A stretch of DNA of 63,862 bases, the filler included, from Sluysia triapertura (Eukaryota), in NCBI GenBank assembly GCA_046118255.1. It is 4 parts of 4 records of this genome, joined end to end, with 100 filler letters (N's around TTAATTAATTAA, not from the genome) between each part and the next. Parts side by side here need not be neighbours in the genome. Positions count along the whole stretch, not along the records: positions 17,630 to 37,932 come from JBJNIA010026616.1; positions 38,033 to 52,924 come from JBJNIA010245209.1; 2 more parts are not named here. One strand, written 5' to 3'. Numbering within the stretch: position 1 is the first letter of the stretch; each line of letters begins with the position of its first letter. Positions 26,545-38,191 of the stretch are shown here, in pieces. The notes beneath the pieces are model-generated. The model had not been told where the DNA came from and ran no database searches. It saw only the letters and a list, made by a program, of their open reading frames with translations. A program made the position numbers and the translations under genes.

Positions 26545-27222
26545 CTATGAAAATATTGAAAAATTATCTCATTGAATAAATTAGTTTAACCTTTTAACTG
26601 TGGCTGTCTTCAATAAGCGATCTGATGAATTTCTCCGGGAACGAGTGTCGCTTATCTATGTTATAAATACCTGATTTCATTTAGACACGCAGGACATAGA
26701 AACTTACATAATTTATAAAGAATTATAAAAAATTATTTCTATTTTAATTCTTATAAGTATTGAGAAAATTTCAAATTTGAAGAAGTTCAACTTATATTTT
26801 AGAGGCAAAAATATAAGTTATAGAAATATACATCTACATAAGTCGAATTTCCATTCTGCATCAAAAATAATCAATAGAGAAAATATTACATTTTAGGAGT
26901 TCGTTTAATGGAAGTTTTACTGTACAATTTTTACTAGGAGGTTAAAATGAAACATTTTGCGGGAAACTCCAATTGAAATTTTCATTTTACACCAAAAATA
27001 GACACAGAGATAGCTTCAACTTACAGAAGGATGTAAGAAGAATGTAATAAGTATTGTTCTTGATAAAGTATTGTTCTAAAACAAAATAAATAATTTTTAT
27101 TTTTTGCCTTTTTTTACGTATGGGCGGCTTGCCTATTAAATATACATCCGTAGTTAAATGGTTAAACAAATAAAATAATTTTAATGATATATTTATATAA
27201 AATAATAAACATATTCGCCACA

Positions 27223-27557
27223 CGGTGGCGGACTAAGGCTAAAGTGGACCCTAGGCAACATTGTAATTCCGAGCCTATTCTTCAGTCATGACTTTTTAAA
27301 CACGTACATAGTAAAGATTCGATCGTATTTACTCACATCAACACTCGCGGGCGTGGATGCATAAGCACGGGAATACTTGACCACATCATCAATCAACGTT
27401 TCAATAATAATTATAAATATCACATTTTTCTGTTAAATAAAAATAAAAATTAATAATAAAAATTAAAAATTTAAAAACCTAATTTTAAAAAATTAGAGCC
27501 CAAAAATTACAGGCTCTAGGCTAATGCCTATGTTGCATAGGCCTTAGTCCGCCCCTA
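27223..27557. mobile_element. hAT-type MITE with an 8-bp TSD, in GLDC intron 3
   Basis: TIRs CGGTGGCGGACTAAGG / CCTTAGTCCGCCCCTA. TCGCCACA duplicated at 27215-27222 and 27558-27565. Confidence 0.88.
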
Positions 27558-28548
27558 TCGCCACAAAACGAATCCTTTTTAGGTTGAAAAAAAAAATTAC
27601 TTTATTGCAACACCAAAACAAAATTGGTGTTTTTCTAAAATAATTATTGTAGAAGATATGCTAATAGAAACGTCCGAAAAACGAATACTTTATACTTATT
27701 AATTGTTTGTATACATTCTAAAGATATTGTCACCATTACTTGTTCACGAGAATTTGTTTTCTGTATGACAAATAAGAGTTATAAGTTTATAACTATTAAT
27801 TAATTATAAATTTATAAGTACTCAAAACTGCTTAAAATAAATCATTCATTGTAATATTTCTCTTTTTCTTAAATATTTCAGTAATTTAACATTCTTTAGA
27901 TAATTAAAGTTAATAAATGTTAATAAATGGTACGACTTCAATCATTATAAGGTTTAATTTTATATTACGTTTCTTATTAGAAAAATATGAGATTAAAAGA
28001 ATTTAATTCAAATTTATCGTTTATAAACAAAAGTAAATGATGACAATATGACATAATTTATTTAAAATGAACACAAATATCATATCTAAATTTATAACAA
28101 GACATTGTTTATTGTATTTATGATTCAAATTCAATTGAGGACATGTTACCAATTGCATAAGATTGCGAATCCTAAAATAAGAATAGTTAATATAAATTAA
28201 TTCGATTAGGAATTGTCAACAAGTAAACATTGTCAACAAGATTGTTTGGTCTAATAACATTAGGTAATTTGCTTTTAACTTTGAGTTCGAATTTGTCAAA
28301 TAAAATTGTGACAATATCCAAGAGTAAATTCTACTCCTTCCATATACGATGTTCTTGATACGTCTGTAGCTTGTTTATAGAATATAAAATTCAAATTGAT
28401 TTCGTTTAAATCAGAGTCTTTGATATATTATTTTATACTGATTAAAGTGATGTACATCATTTTAATTTGTTCAAAGTTGAATTTACACACTAAAGTTTTA
28501 TATAATTTCAAATAATTCAACACATTTTAAATTATAAAACATTTTTTA

Positions 28549-29235
28549 TTATTTTTGATGTTTATTGACATCAAATGACATAAGATGCTTTAGACTATTA
28601 AAGTCATTAGGTAATTCTGACTTAGACAGTGAGTAATAAGTGAGACTCTTGAAGGGTTTTACATACACATTCATTAAATTATTACCTGACTTTATTTCTT
28701 TCGATCGTTCTAAATTCTGACGACAGTTTTGTATTCTTCTATCCACTTTCTGCTTCATTCCATTATACATAGTTTTAGTTTTAATCATTTCAGATTTGGA
28801 TGTTTCATACTTTAAATAAGTTAAATAACCTTTTAATGGTATAGTATTTTCATCTTGTTCAATTTCAATATTAATTCGAATTAATATTTTCTTATTGTTA
28901 ACAACAAAATCTTTGTCAACGATTCCGGTGCCATAAGAATTACAATAGTAGCGAAATACTCCGTTCATAAGGATTGGAAATGATACCATATTAATAGATC
29001 TGCCTCTACAAATCATAGCAACGATCATGTTCAGAAAGTTTCTTATTGAAACTAACCACAGAACTGGATTACAATCTAAAAATTCTTCTGGTGTACTTTC
29101 ATCACTGATTTCATTAACATAAATTGACACATTGGATATAATTTGAATTTCAACTTTGTTAAGTTTAACGTAGTCTTGAAGTTCAAATAAAAAGAATTGA
29201 CTAAATTGTGATAAATTTCGCCTTATTATAGACAT
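28549..29235 (-). CDS. 228-aa intronless orphan ORF nested in GLDC intron 3, probably part of a longer disrupted gene (about 28120-29530)
   Basis: Long open frame in very AT-rich DNA, flanked by further protein-like frames broken by stops and frameshifts. No family recognised. Confidence 0.5.
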   Translation of the reverse strand: MSIIRRNLSQFSQFFLFELQDYVKLNKVEIQIISNVSIYVNEISDESTPEEFLDCNPVLWLVSIRNFLNMIVAMICRGRSINMVSFPILMNGVFRYYCNSYGTGIVDKDFVVNNKKILIRINIEIEQDENTIPLKGYLTYLKYETSKSEMIKTKTMYNGMKQKVDRRIQNCRQNLERSKEIKSGNNLMNVYVKPFKSLTYYSLSKSELPNDFNSLKHLMSFDVNKHQK

Positions 29236-30466
29236 CTCATGTAAAATGAATTTTCATTTACTAAATCTTTCCAACTGTATAAATTTGACAATCAATACTG
29301 GATAAAAAATTCTTCATAAAATCGGTTGTTAATTTTTCTATTTATGGTTTTTTAATAAATCAAAAATTGAATTATTCAAATAACTATTATTATTTTTGTT
29401 ATTAATGATGATTGGATGTCCAATCCGAACAAGCAAAATCTTAGTATAGAGGTAACATTGATTGGACGTCCAATAAATTGCTATATTTAGTGAGTAAGAA
29501 TTACGAGCATGTATGCATGCCAATTAAGATATAATATTGAGTACACTGAATGTAATTAATTATCATCAGTCGACAGTTCATAAGGTTTGTTAAATGTTGA
29601 CAGGGTATGATTAAAAAAACATATGTGCAATATAATTAATTTTGATACCGCATTAAAGTAGTGATAATAAAAATGATTATCATTATTGAATAAAATAATA
29701 ATTATAATTATACCAAATAAATTAAAATGCCATGAAAATTCCGCATAAATCTTTTGTTTTCTTATTACACAAACTTTATTCTTTTAAACCTTAATATTTC
29801 TAAACGTAAACTTAATAAAATTCTTTTAAAATCGTGTAGAAAATGTTAAAGGAATGTTATTTTGATTTCAATGTTTAAAATGGTTTCAAAGTGTTAATTT
29901 AATGTTTTTCGGTGATATTAGAGATTGAAGGTTAAAGATTGTAAACCGGAAATGTTTTGGATTGATTTTAAGATGTATATTTGATAGTTTAAGATGTAAA
30001 TTGTAATTCTGGTATTATGAAATTGTGGATTAAAATGATTTGAATAAAATTTAATGTGCGTTAATGGTTTTGAATGTAGGTGTGATTTTAGTGTTGTAAA
30101 GTTGTAAATTTAAAATGTTTTGAAATGTGAATGGTTTTAATGGATCTAAAAAATAAAATATAGAAAAGGTAATTGTACAATGTTAATGAATGTAATTGAG
30201 TTAAAAAGTTTTTAATGAATTTTTAAATGTACGTTATTAATTTGAAAGTAAATATAATTTTAATATTATAAAGTTATGAATTAAAATGTTTTGAAAAGAT
30301 TAAATAAGGTTTTAATGGTTGTACAAGGTAAAATGTAAGATGTTAGGAGAGATAATATTTTGTGTAAAATAATAATTTTAATTTTGAATGAGAGGTTTTG
30401 CCACCAAAATAATAATAATTATTATAATAATTATGATAATTATAAAAATGTAATTGTAATAATAAC

Positions 30467-30602
30467 CATCCAAGATTTTCAAACATGTTTCTAGCTATAG
30501 GAGCAGGTGTTATAGTATTATGATAACCCATTCCGATGTAGGATCTCCATATTTGATTTTTTCGTGCCACTTTATAAAGTTCATTCATTAATTCTCCTTC
30601 AC
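30467..30602 (-). CDS. GLDC: Glycine dehydrogenase, exon 3
   Basis: (S)[44 protein letters not shown](W). AG/GT boundaries, 136 nt. Confidence 0.96.
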
Positions 30603-30833
30603 CTTAACAAATATTGTGCTAGTAAATTTTAAATATCATTTTTTACTTTTTGCAATTTCTGGGTTTTTTTCCAAGTTATAAAATAAGGAAAAATAATGGT
30701 ATGATTAAGCAATTCAAGATTCATAAAGTATCAAATATTGATAAATCAGACTTATAAAATAAAATAAAGTAAAGATAATCTAATTCAATTATTTTAAATT
30801 GGAAAGATAAAGTTTTATATTGAATTACTTAAC

Positions 30834-31446
30834 AAAAGTAACCGCAAACTTGAATAAAATTTAGATATCAAAAACGACAAATGTAATTTCTTCTTTCATG
30901 TAATTTTATGTTACTATTCATTTCCTTCTGCGAATAGTAGCCTTTGGAATGATTTTTGTTACGTGATATTATTGACGTCATTGCTTGATTTTTTTCAGCG
31001 TGCCTTTCTGGATTCTCATTCTTAAAAATGCAGCAAATGACTTTTTATTCGTTATTATGCAAGGACTAGCTACAAGCATGTTGAAGAAAGATGGGAGTCA
31101 ACAATGTTCAATCTTGTATCCACATTTGAAGTAACTGGAAGTGTGTCAAATGCTCCTAAAGAAGGTCGTCCGAAAACAGTTCGTTCAACTGAAAACAAAA
31201 TCCTTCCACCAGGAATAAATTGAGATGAACATTTCTCGAATCTCACTCCACCGTATCTTGTATGACATTGGTCTAAAACCATGCAAACTTCATCTTCTTC
31301 TTGTCCTAAATGAGGATGACAATTTTTTTGCGAGAAAAAAAAATTTTTGCGACAATTTTGTGAAGAATCACCAGATTTTTTCAGATTGCATCTTATGGAG
31401 TGATGAAGCTTGCTTCTTCAAAAGTTGGAGAAAAGTACTACCATAA
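30834..31446 (+). mobile_element. 5' fragment of a Tc1/mariner transposon (rosa/DD41D-like), same family as 57491-58538
   Basis: Left end AAAAGTAACCGCAAACTT.AATAA. Peptides FEVTGSVSNAPKEGRPKTVRSTEN, LHRILYDIGLKPCKLHLL and ILWSDEACF. Confidence 0.85.
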
Positions 31447-32358
31447 TCCTATAATGAGATAAACTCGTATGCTACCACTCCGGCAAAATGCACTAAATAC
31501 ATTGAATACTTTTATTTAATAGGAATAATGAAAGCTTATGGAAAATTACCACGAAAGATATCAGAAAATTCAAAACTGTCTCCAGTACTTAATTAAAATG
31601 TCCGACCTAAGTACGTGCTTAATGAAGAAAAGATGAGGAAAGTTGTAATCCATATATTGCTGAAATTAATTCTAAATTTAACTAACTTTCAATACTAAAT
31701 TTATCTGAATTTTGATTATTATTCTTCGTATTATTAAGTGTATTTTTATTGCATTTAAATAGTTAAGTACTAAAACTAAAATACCAGAACTGCAGTACAC
31801 ACACATTTATAAATAATTGTAAAGTACTTAATTTATAGAAAAATATTTGGTAAGTTATTATTGGCCACTTTCAAATTATATTTCTTATCAATCATTAATT
31901 CGTATGACATTTTAGTATTAGAAATTAGAGATTTTCCAAATTCATAATGTTATATTAGTTTTCTGACAAAAATGACAATTGTAAAGCTTACAATATTCGT
32001 GGTTTAGTTAAACATTATTGTAAAATACCTTAATCCTAATGAAGCAACATGTCAAATTATTAATAAAGGTTAATAATATTGTTTTGATTATTAAAGTTTT
32101 ATATTTTGAATTTATTAAAGTTCACATTTCTAAGATAAACAAGTAGAAAATTTATCCAGATAATTTCGATATAAATGTTACAAAAACTCTTAGTACTAAG
32201 TAGATCACGCCTACTTTGATAAAACCATCTACAAAACTTTTTAATGATGTGAGTTAAATTGAGTTGGTGTGTTTATTAATGCATAATTAAAAATAAAAAC
32301 ATGGAATCATTAGTGAAATATTCCGCAATTGTAATTTACCTATATTTATGAAAACATC

Positions 32359-32404
32359 AATAATAATAATGACGATGATGATGATAATGATGATGATGAT
32401 GATG

Positions 32405-32444
<40 letters not shown>
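32359..32444. repeat. Compound (GAT)n/(AAT)n microsatellite
   Basis: Directly visible. Confidence 0.95.
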
Positions 32445-32446
<2 letters not shown>

Positions 32447-33027
32447 GCCACTAAGTTAGAAGGTCATAAGTTAATTGATGTTTAAAATCAAATTAATTTT
32501 GTACTTTTACATGACTAGAAAAAGTACTTTTATCATTTAAATAATAACTTATTTGAATGAGATTTATTATTTAATTATGTATGATTATAATTAATATTCG
32601 AATAAATTCCAAAACGTATATTTCACGTAATTTTTTAGGTATTTTATTTGCAGAAGAGCTTAGAAATATAATTGGGTCTTACTTTGTCAGATGATTTATC
32701 ACAAAAACTTTTTATAATATTAACATTGATTTAAAGAATTAAATTAAAATAGAAACATGGAAAAGTTTTAATTTATCATAGTATTGATAAAACAGATAAT
32801 AATGATATATCATGGCATAATTTTGTGAATAAATAATGGATTTATTATGATAAGATTTGCTGACAATTGCTAATTTGACTTTGAAGTTAGTTTAATGTAT
32901 AATAATAAGTACATTATTATACAATATATTTTCATTTGCGATTATAATATATGTGAAAACATTCCCTTCTGCGGATTATTATTGTTATTATCATTATTCG
33001 ATTAAGATTTTTAGTATCACAACTAAC

Positions 33028-33106
33028 TCAATGGTTCGTTCAATTTCATATTGCCTTTAAAACGAATATTTTCTGGCATTGCCTTGGTAATTAATTCATC
33101 AAAAGT
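33028..33106 (-). CDS. GLDC: Glycine dehydrogenase, exon 2
   Basis: TFDELITKAMPENIRFKGNMKLNEPL(S). TTTAG acceptor, GTTAGT donor, 79 nt, phases fit exons 1 and 3. Confidence 0.92.
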
Positions 33107-33437
33107 CTAAATTATAATTAATAATTATTTAATTTTTTTCAAAGTTCGATATTATTTTTAATGTTTCAATATTAGATATGTCTCCAAACTAAATTCTTTG
33201 TTCTGTTTATGTATACACACATGTGAATTTAGTATGAAGGTTAGATTTAACATATATAATGAAGTTAATGCATTACTAGGTAAAATGGTATTTAGGGCTC
33301 TTAATGCCTTTAAAATTTGAAATAAAATTCTTAAATAAATCGACTTAAGATGGTTTAATTCGACAATAAATTTAAAATTAGACTGAACACCTTTTAAATT
33401 ATTTTGACATTACCGGATACCCAACTAACACTTAGTT

Positions 33438-34150
33438 TACGGCAAATTATTTTTGAGCAGAGTCCGGTTATTGTAAACGTCTTACGTCGTGAAAAGGGTA
33501 TGTCATAATAACAATATTCCTTAATGTTAAAAACTCAATTGTTTCAAAAAAAAACTTCTTAATTTAACTAAAAAATTCTAATTCTAATGAAATAATGAAA
33601 CGATAAACTATCACATAAGTTTATTCAAAAAATCACAAAACGATTTAAAAATTTACAATTTACGTATAATATAAAGAATAGAGACAAAGATTAAATTTTA
33701 CAATTAAAACTTCTAGGGTCTTTAATTGTTTTTGTTATAAATTAAATTTAAGTGGATTTTGGCCCTCGTTATATCGGTGAAACTTTAAAAATAAAGTTAG
33801 GTTGATTTTTAAATACTAATTTACGCAATTAGTGTCACTTTAATAACTTACGATAAACATAGAATGGAAAGTGGGTTCTGTTCGAATAATATTGACTGTC
33901 AATTGTTTGATTTTCGATCGATAAACCAAAATTGTATAATTCAAAATGGCGATTTTGAATTATAAACTGATGCTAGTTTATATTCTACTCATCAGCCAAT
34001 AGGAATCGATGAAATGTTCTAGAATATTCCTGAAGCTTCTATTCTATTTTTTTAGTATCTGATTTTCTTTTTTAGAAATTTTATTTTCTTTTTTGGAAAA
34101 TAAATATTTTTAAAGTGATTCTAAAAGATTTTTAAAGCATTTTAGATGAT
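33438..34150 (+). mobile_element. HSE-bearing repeat copy in GLDC intron 1
   Basis: 5' TACGGCAAA...GAGTCCGGTTATTGTAAACGTCTTACG, CAAAATGGCG, AGCCAAT, HSE, TTTTTTGGAAAATAAA.ATTT.TAAAGTGATT. Confidence 0.7.
33996..34040 (+). promoter_or_regulatory. CCAAT box + heat-shock element (five perfect pentamers)
   Basis: CCAAT at 33996-34000; gTTCt aGAAt aTTCc tGAAg cTTCt at 34016-34040. Confidence 0.7.
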
Positions 34151-34363
34151 TTAATGAAATCAACATTTTAAAATCGTTTGAATCTAATTGTTGTTTTAAG
34201 TGTTCAGCAATCATCGCCAGCATCTGTATAATAATATGGCGGCTTATTGAAATTGATGATTTGTATAGAAGCTTAAAACAATCATACCTAAAACAATAAT
34301 GGCTAGAATATATGAATTATTTCAATATGATGGTGCCACGATATTTTATTACTTATATGTATA

Positions 34364-34800
34364 CAGTGGTGGCCAAATTATTAGACTAAAGACTATTTTT
34401 GTGATAAAATTCAACATTTTTCAAGGATACTGTGAAAATATTAATCAAATGTTTTTATGACAATCAGGGTGCAACTCCTCATGAGGTCTTCTTCTTACTA
34501 ATACTTGAAAGGAAGACTTGTCACTAAAACACACTTCACTCCAGTCATCCTCAGTTAAATGTTGGGGTTGCGTAGCCTATGCCAACTTTTTACTGATCAT
34601 CCCTGGGTCAAATAACTCGCAAATCATTGTATCTGCAAGTCTCATTCTGACTGTTCCGGCACTAACGTGAACTCCTGCAAAGTCATACTGGTTCATCTTA
34701 GAAAGTTTCACCAAATATCTATCATTTCTCACTGATGTTTTCTTATTTCTGTCTCATTTTCCAAAACAGCTACTTTTTGATGGACCACTAAAGAGAAACA
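34364..34800 (-). mobile_element. Decayed Tc1-like transposon
   Basis: TA|CAGTGGTGGCCAAA terminus. Minus strand RKTSVRNDRYLVKLS, GVHVSAGTVRMRL, WSEVCFSDKSSF..VRRRPHEELHPDC. Confidence 0.85.
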
Positions 34801-35436
34801 TATTTTTTCTGTTTTAGTCTCAACAATATAACACACACTTATCATCTAGATTCTTTAATAAATGATCTTAGGATCGTAATTATTCGTTAATATTCGCATA
34901 AATTTTGCATGATGGTCATCGCCCTATAAGGATATTTGTTAATTTGATCGGTTTGGTAAGTGATCACATCGAATAAACAAAAGCTTTATGACAGTGAGAA
35001 TAAGCGATCAGTTGCTGATGAGGTATTAAACATCCCAGTTATTTCACCGACAAGACAGAACGAATTGATAAAAAATGAGGTATTTTTATTTCTGACTCAA
35101 ACTAATTATCCGAAACGTTTTAGTGAATCAAAATGAATTAATCTTGTTATAAATCTTTTTCCTGTTGTTTTGAATATAAGTACAATACAAAAACTGAAAC
35201 CATGAATAAAAATGAAGCTAGAAGCACAAATAAGACTCGAGAGAATAATAAAATTAAGATTAAAGTAAGGAATAGATGTTAAAGATAAAAATAAAAACAA
35301 AGGCATACGTAAATGTAACACACGCCTTAAATATCGAATGATACACCCTTAAATCTATAATGTAATACATAAACCCTTAAAACAAGTACTAAACATTATT
35401 ATATTAGTGTCAAAATTACTTGTACATGTATATGTA

Positions 35437-36155
35437 TTGGGTGATTGAAAAGTAACTCCCTATTTAAAATACCTACAATTTAATTCAAATGCCGTAATAT
35501 GTTTCTCAACTTTTTTTGTATATCATACTTAATGTATAGCAATTTAATCTATGCTCTCTGTGTTTTCTTTTTAGATCTGTTTTGTGAATTTGTTTTAATT
35601 AATTTGTTTGAAATTTCAAAACACTACAAAAATGGTTGGACGTCTTACATCACAGATAGCTGCACGTTACGAAGTTTGGAGATCCATTGTTCAAGTGCAA
35701 AGATAGTGGAGAACCATTAAGGGAAAACATGCTCAAATTGAGCCAAAGACGATCAATAATTGTCATGGAAAACTCATGACCGCTGATACCCGAAGAAGCA
35801 GTTGCCCTTCCAAATCCAGAGAACCTGAGGTAGTGCAAGTTGTTCAAGAAATCTTTACCCGTAGCCCGTAAAAGTCAATTCGACAAGCAAAAGAAAGTGG
35901 GTTCTCCTTTCACTGTGTAGTGCTAAAAATAAGCCTAAATGGTGTACTTGGAAGCCGCACTACTGTCAAGCATTCTCTGTCGGCTTGATCTCTTGAGTGA
36001 TGCGATTCCTTGTCGACTTGAGAAACTGATAGCGAATGAATTTTAAATAAAATCCGTGCAATATACTTTATTTTCGTATTTATTGAACGTATAAATTATA
36101 TTTCAATTATAAACTACAGTTATTTAAAATAGGAAGTTACTTTACAATCACCCTG
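35437..36155 (+). mobile_element. Internally deleted Tc1/mariner element (rosa/DD41D-like) with both TIRs
   Basis: TIRs GGGTGATTGAAAAGTAACTCCCTATTT / AAATAGGAAGTTACTTTACAATCACCCTG. HTH remnants SIVQVQR*WR, FTRSP*KSIRQA, WKPHYCQA. Confidence 0.85.
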
Positions 36156-36851
36156 CATATCTACACCAATTTCAAATGGTAATTTTTATAGTTAGTACTT
36201 TACATATTTTTTCAAAACTGTATTTTATTTATTTCAGATTGTAAGAGTCAAAATAATATAATTTTATAAGATATTCCTGTGTTTTATGTAATGAAAAAAG
36301 AAAAAATTCATTTTCAATTTTCAAATGCAAATTTAATATAATATTTAATATAATGCACAGCAATCAACAAATCAGATCTCTCAAAACTGGTGTCCATGCT
36401 AAACCATGCAATGAGAATCCAAACAAAATGCAAATAAACCACTAATTGGAAGCTCTTATAACTTGTATTAGTTCATAAACTGGATAAAATGTCTTATCTT
36501 TTCTTTAAAAAAAGCATTAATTTATATGAATTGTCACAGTGATTTGTGTTACTTGAAATTTTGAGACGAATTCGAATTCAAATTCGAATATAACCTATTA
36601 TAAACCTTAAGCCTTCATAAGAAAATAAATCATCCAACATTTCTTCAAGTTAATTTTGCTTTCAAAACAATTTATTATCAATTACTAGAGTTAATACAAT
36701 CAAAGCATTTAATGCAATCTAAAATTTGTGATTCTTATTAACTGCTTAATTACCATGTTATATTTCTAATCTTATTCCTAACACCGATTGAAATATAAAT
36801 ATCATTAAATATAAATGTAATTATAGCTTAAGAATTAAAAAAATTCTATAC

Positions 36852-37010
36852 TTTAAAACCAATTTTTTCCAGCATCATTTGTTTTTCTGAATCATTAGGT
36901 CCAATATGTCGTTTTTGGAAGTCATTTTTTTGATTACGAAAATAATCCAAATTACTGAAACGTACAGATAAAGCATTTAATCCTTTATAATTCTGAAACA
37001 ATTTATTCAT
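36852..37010 (-). CDS. GLDC: Glycine dehydrogenase, exon 1 (with probable mitochondrial transit peptide)
   Basis: MNKLFQNYKGLNALSVRFSNLDYFRNQKNDFQKRHIGPNDSEKQMMLEKIGFK|GT, with the diagnostic F..RHIGP motif. 159 nt. Confidence 0.93.
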
Positions 37011-37720
37011 TATTTGAAATTTGATATATTTTTTATATGAACGTAATAATCAAGAGACAATTTTTATCAAATAATAAAAAAATTTATATAAAATTTCAAA
37101 TCTATAACAACCAATCAGAAATTATTTATAAAGTACTTTCTCATTTGATATTATTTCTTCTATTTTTAGAACTATATTTTATAGTTGATAAAATTTCGAT
37201 TGGTTTGATAGTTTTTACTGTATTAATTTGGATTGAGATATACAAGTTGCATTGTTGAATCCAAGTTTGAATATTATTTTAGTCTATCACTTATTTATTG
37301 AATAATCTATAACTATAGTAGAAATGTTTTCTGCATCATAATTAACTGATGCTATTTTCAAAGTGCTACATTTAGTTTAGAATGTGCTCTCATTTAATGC
37401 AATAAAAGGTATAATTAAAAGAAAAAAACAATACATTTTATTGAATAATGTGATGTTAAATGGAGTATGCATAAAGTTCATTAGAGTTCTTCAAAAAACA
37501 GAACTAAAAACTGAGTATTGATAAATAAATAATTGAAAATCAAAAAAGAAGTCAAAATTTGAAGCTGTTAGAGCAAGTACATCATCACTTCAATTGAGAA
37601 ATAATAATAATTAATAAATAAAGATTTCTAAACTATAATACAAATAATAATTATTATTTAAGTTTTTATTTTGTGTAAAATTTACTTTAAATATTTAAAT
37701 TAATTTTAAATAATATTAAT

Positions 37721-37774
37721 TAGGGCTGGGCCTTTGAAGGATTTTCTTGCACCAATGTACCGGGAACAGCCCTA
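37721..37774. mobile_element. Tiny TIR-bounded remnant (hAT-like ends)
   Basis: TAGGGCTG...CAGCCCTA, 54 bp, no TSD seen. Confidence 0.35.
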
Positions 37775-37932
37775 CTCAATAATTAAACTCCCACTACATG
37801 ATTTAATAATAATGTATTATTAAGTTACACATAATACAATAAAAACAAGACTGAAATTACAACGTAACGTTATGAATTTCGATGCCTTTTTAATAAAATC
37901 AAGGTAGAACCAGATGTATATATTATACTATA

Positions 37933-38032
37933 NNNNNNNNNNNNNNNNNNNNNNNNNNNNNNNNNNNNNNNNNNNNTTAATTAATTAANNNNNNNNNNNN
38001 NNNNNNNNNNNNNNNNNNNNNNNNNNNNNNNN
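37933..38032. other. Artificial contig spacer
   Basis: 44 N + TTAATTAATTAA + 44 N. Confidence 0.97.
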
Positions 38033-38108
38033 ATTTTTTAAGTGATTTAAATTAAATTTTAATAATATATTTTTGATAATTTTATGGGTTGTGATGGCAA
38101 CCTAACAA
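38033..38108 (+). mobile_element. 3' end of the HSE-bearing repeat, truncated by the gap
   Basis: TTTTTAAAGTGATTT...GGGTTGTGATGGCAACCTAACAA. Confidence 0.65.
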
Positions 38109-38141
38109 AGGTAAAGTAATAGAATAAAGCAGAAATTTAAC

Positions 38142-38191
38142 GTGAGTTCACTAATGTACTGGGCTTACCAGTTAGGGCCAGCCGTTGGATT
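38142..38191 (+). repeat. About 50-bp GC-richer dispersed repeat; inverted copy near 53240-53292
   Basis: GTGAGTTCACTAATGTACTGGGCTTACCAGTTAGGGCCAGCCGTTGGATTT versus reverse complement GTGAGTCCACCAACGTATTGGGCTTACAGACTAAACGGCCAACCGTTGGATTT. Confidence 0.75.

Noticed and set aside
30343-30588. 81-aa ORF as a stand-alone gene
   Set aside because: It is GLDC exon 3 read through into the intron.
35005-35070. Hammerhead-ribozyme-like CTGATGA-GGT...ACC-GACA with a possible stem I
   Set aside because: The GAAA core is mutated and no stem III or UH cleavage site can be formed.
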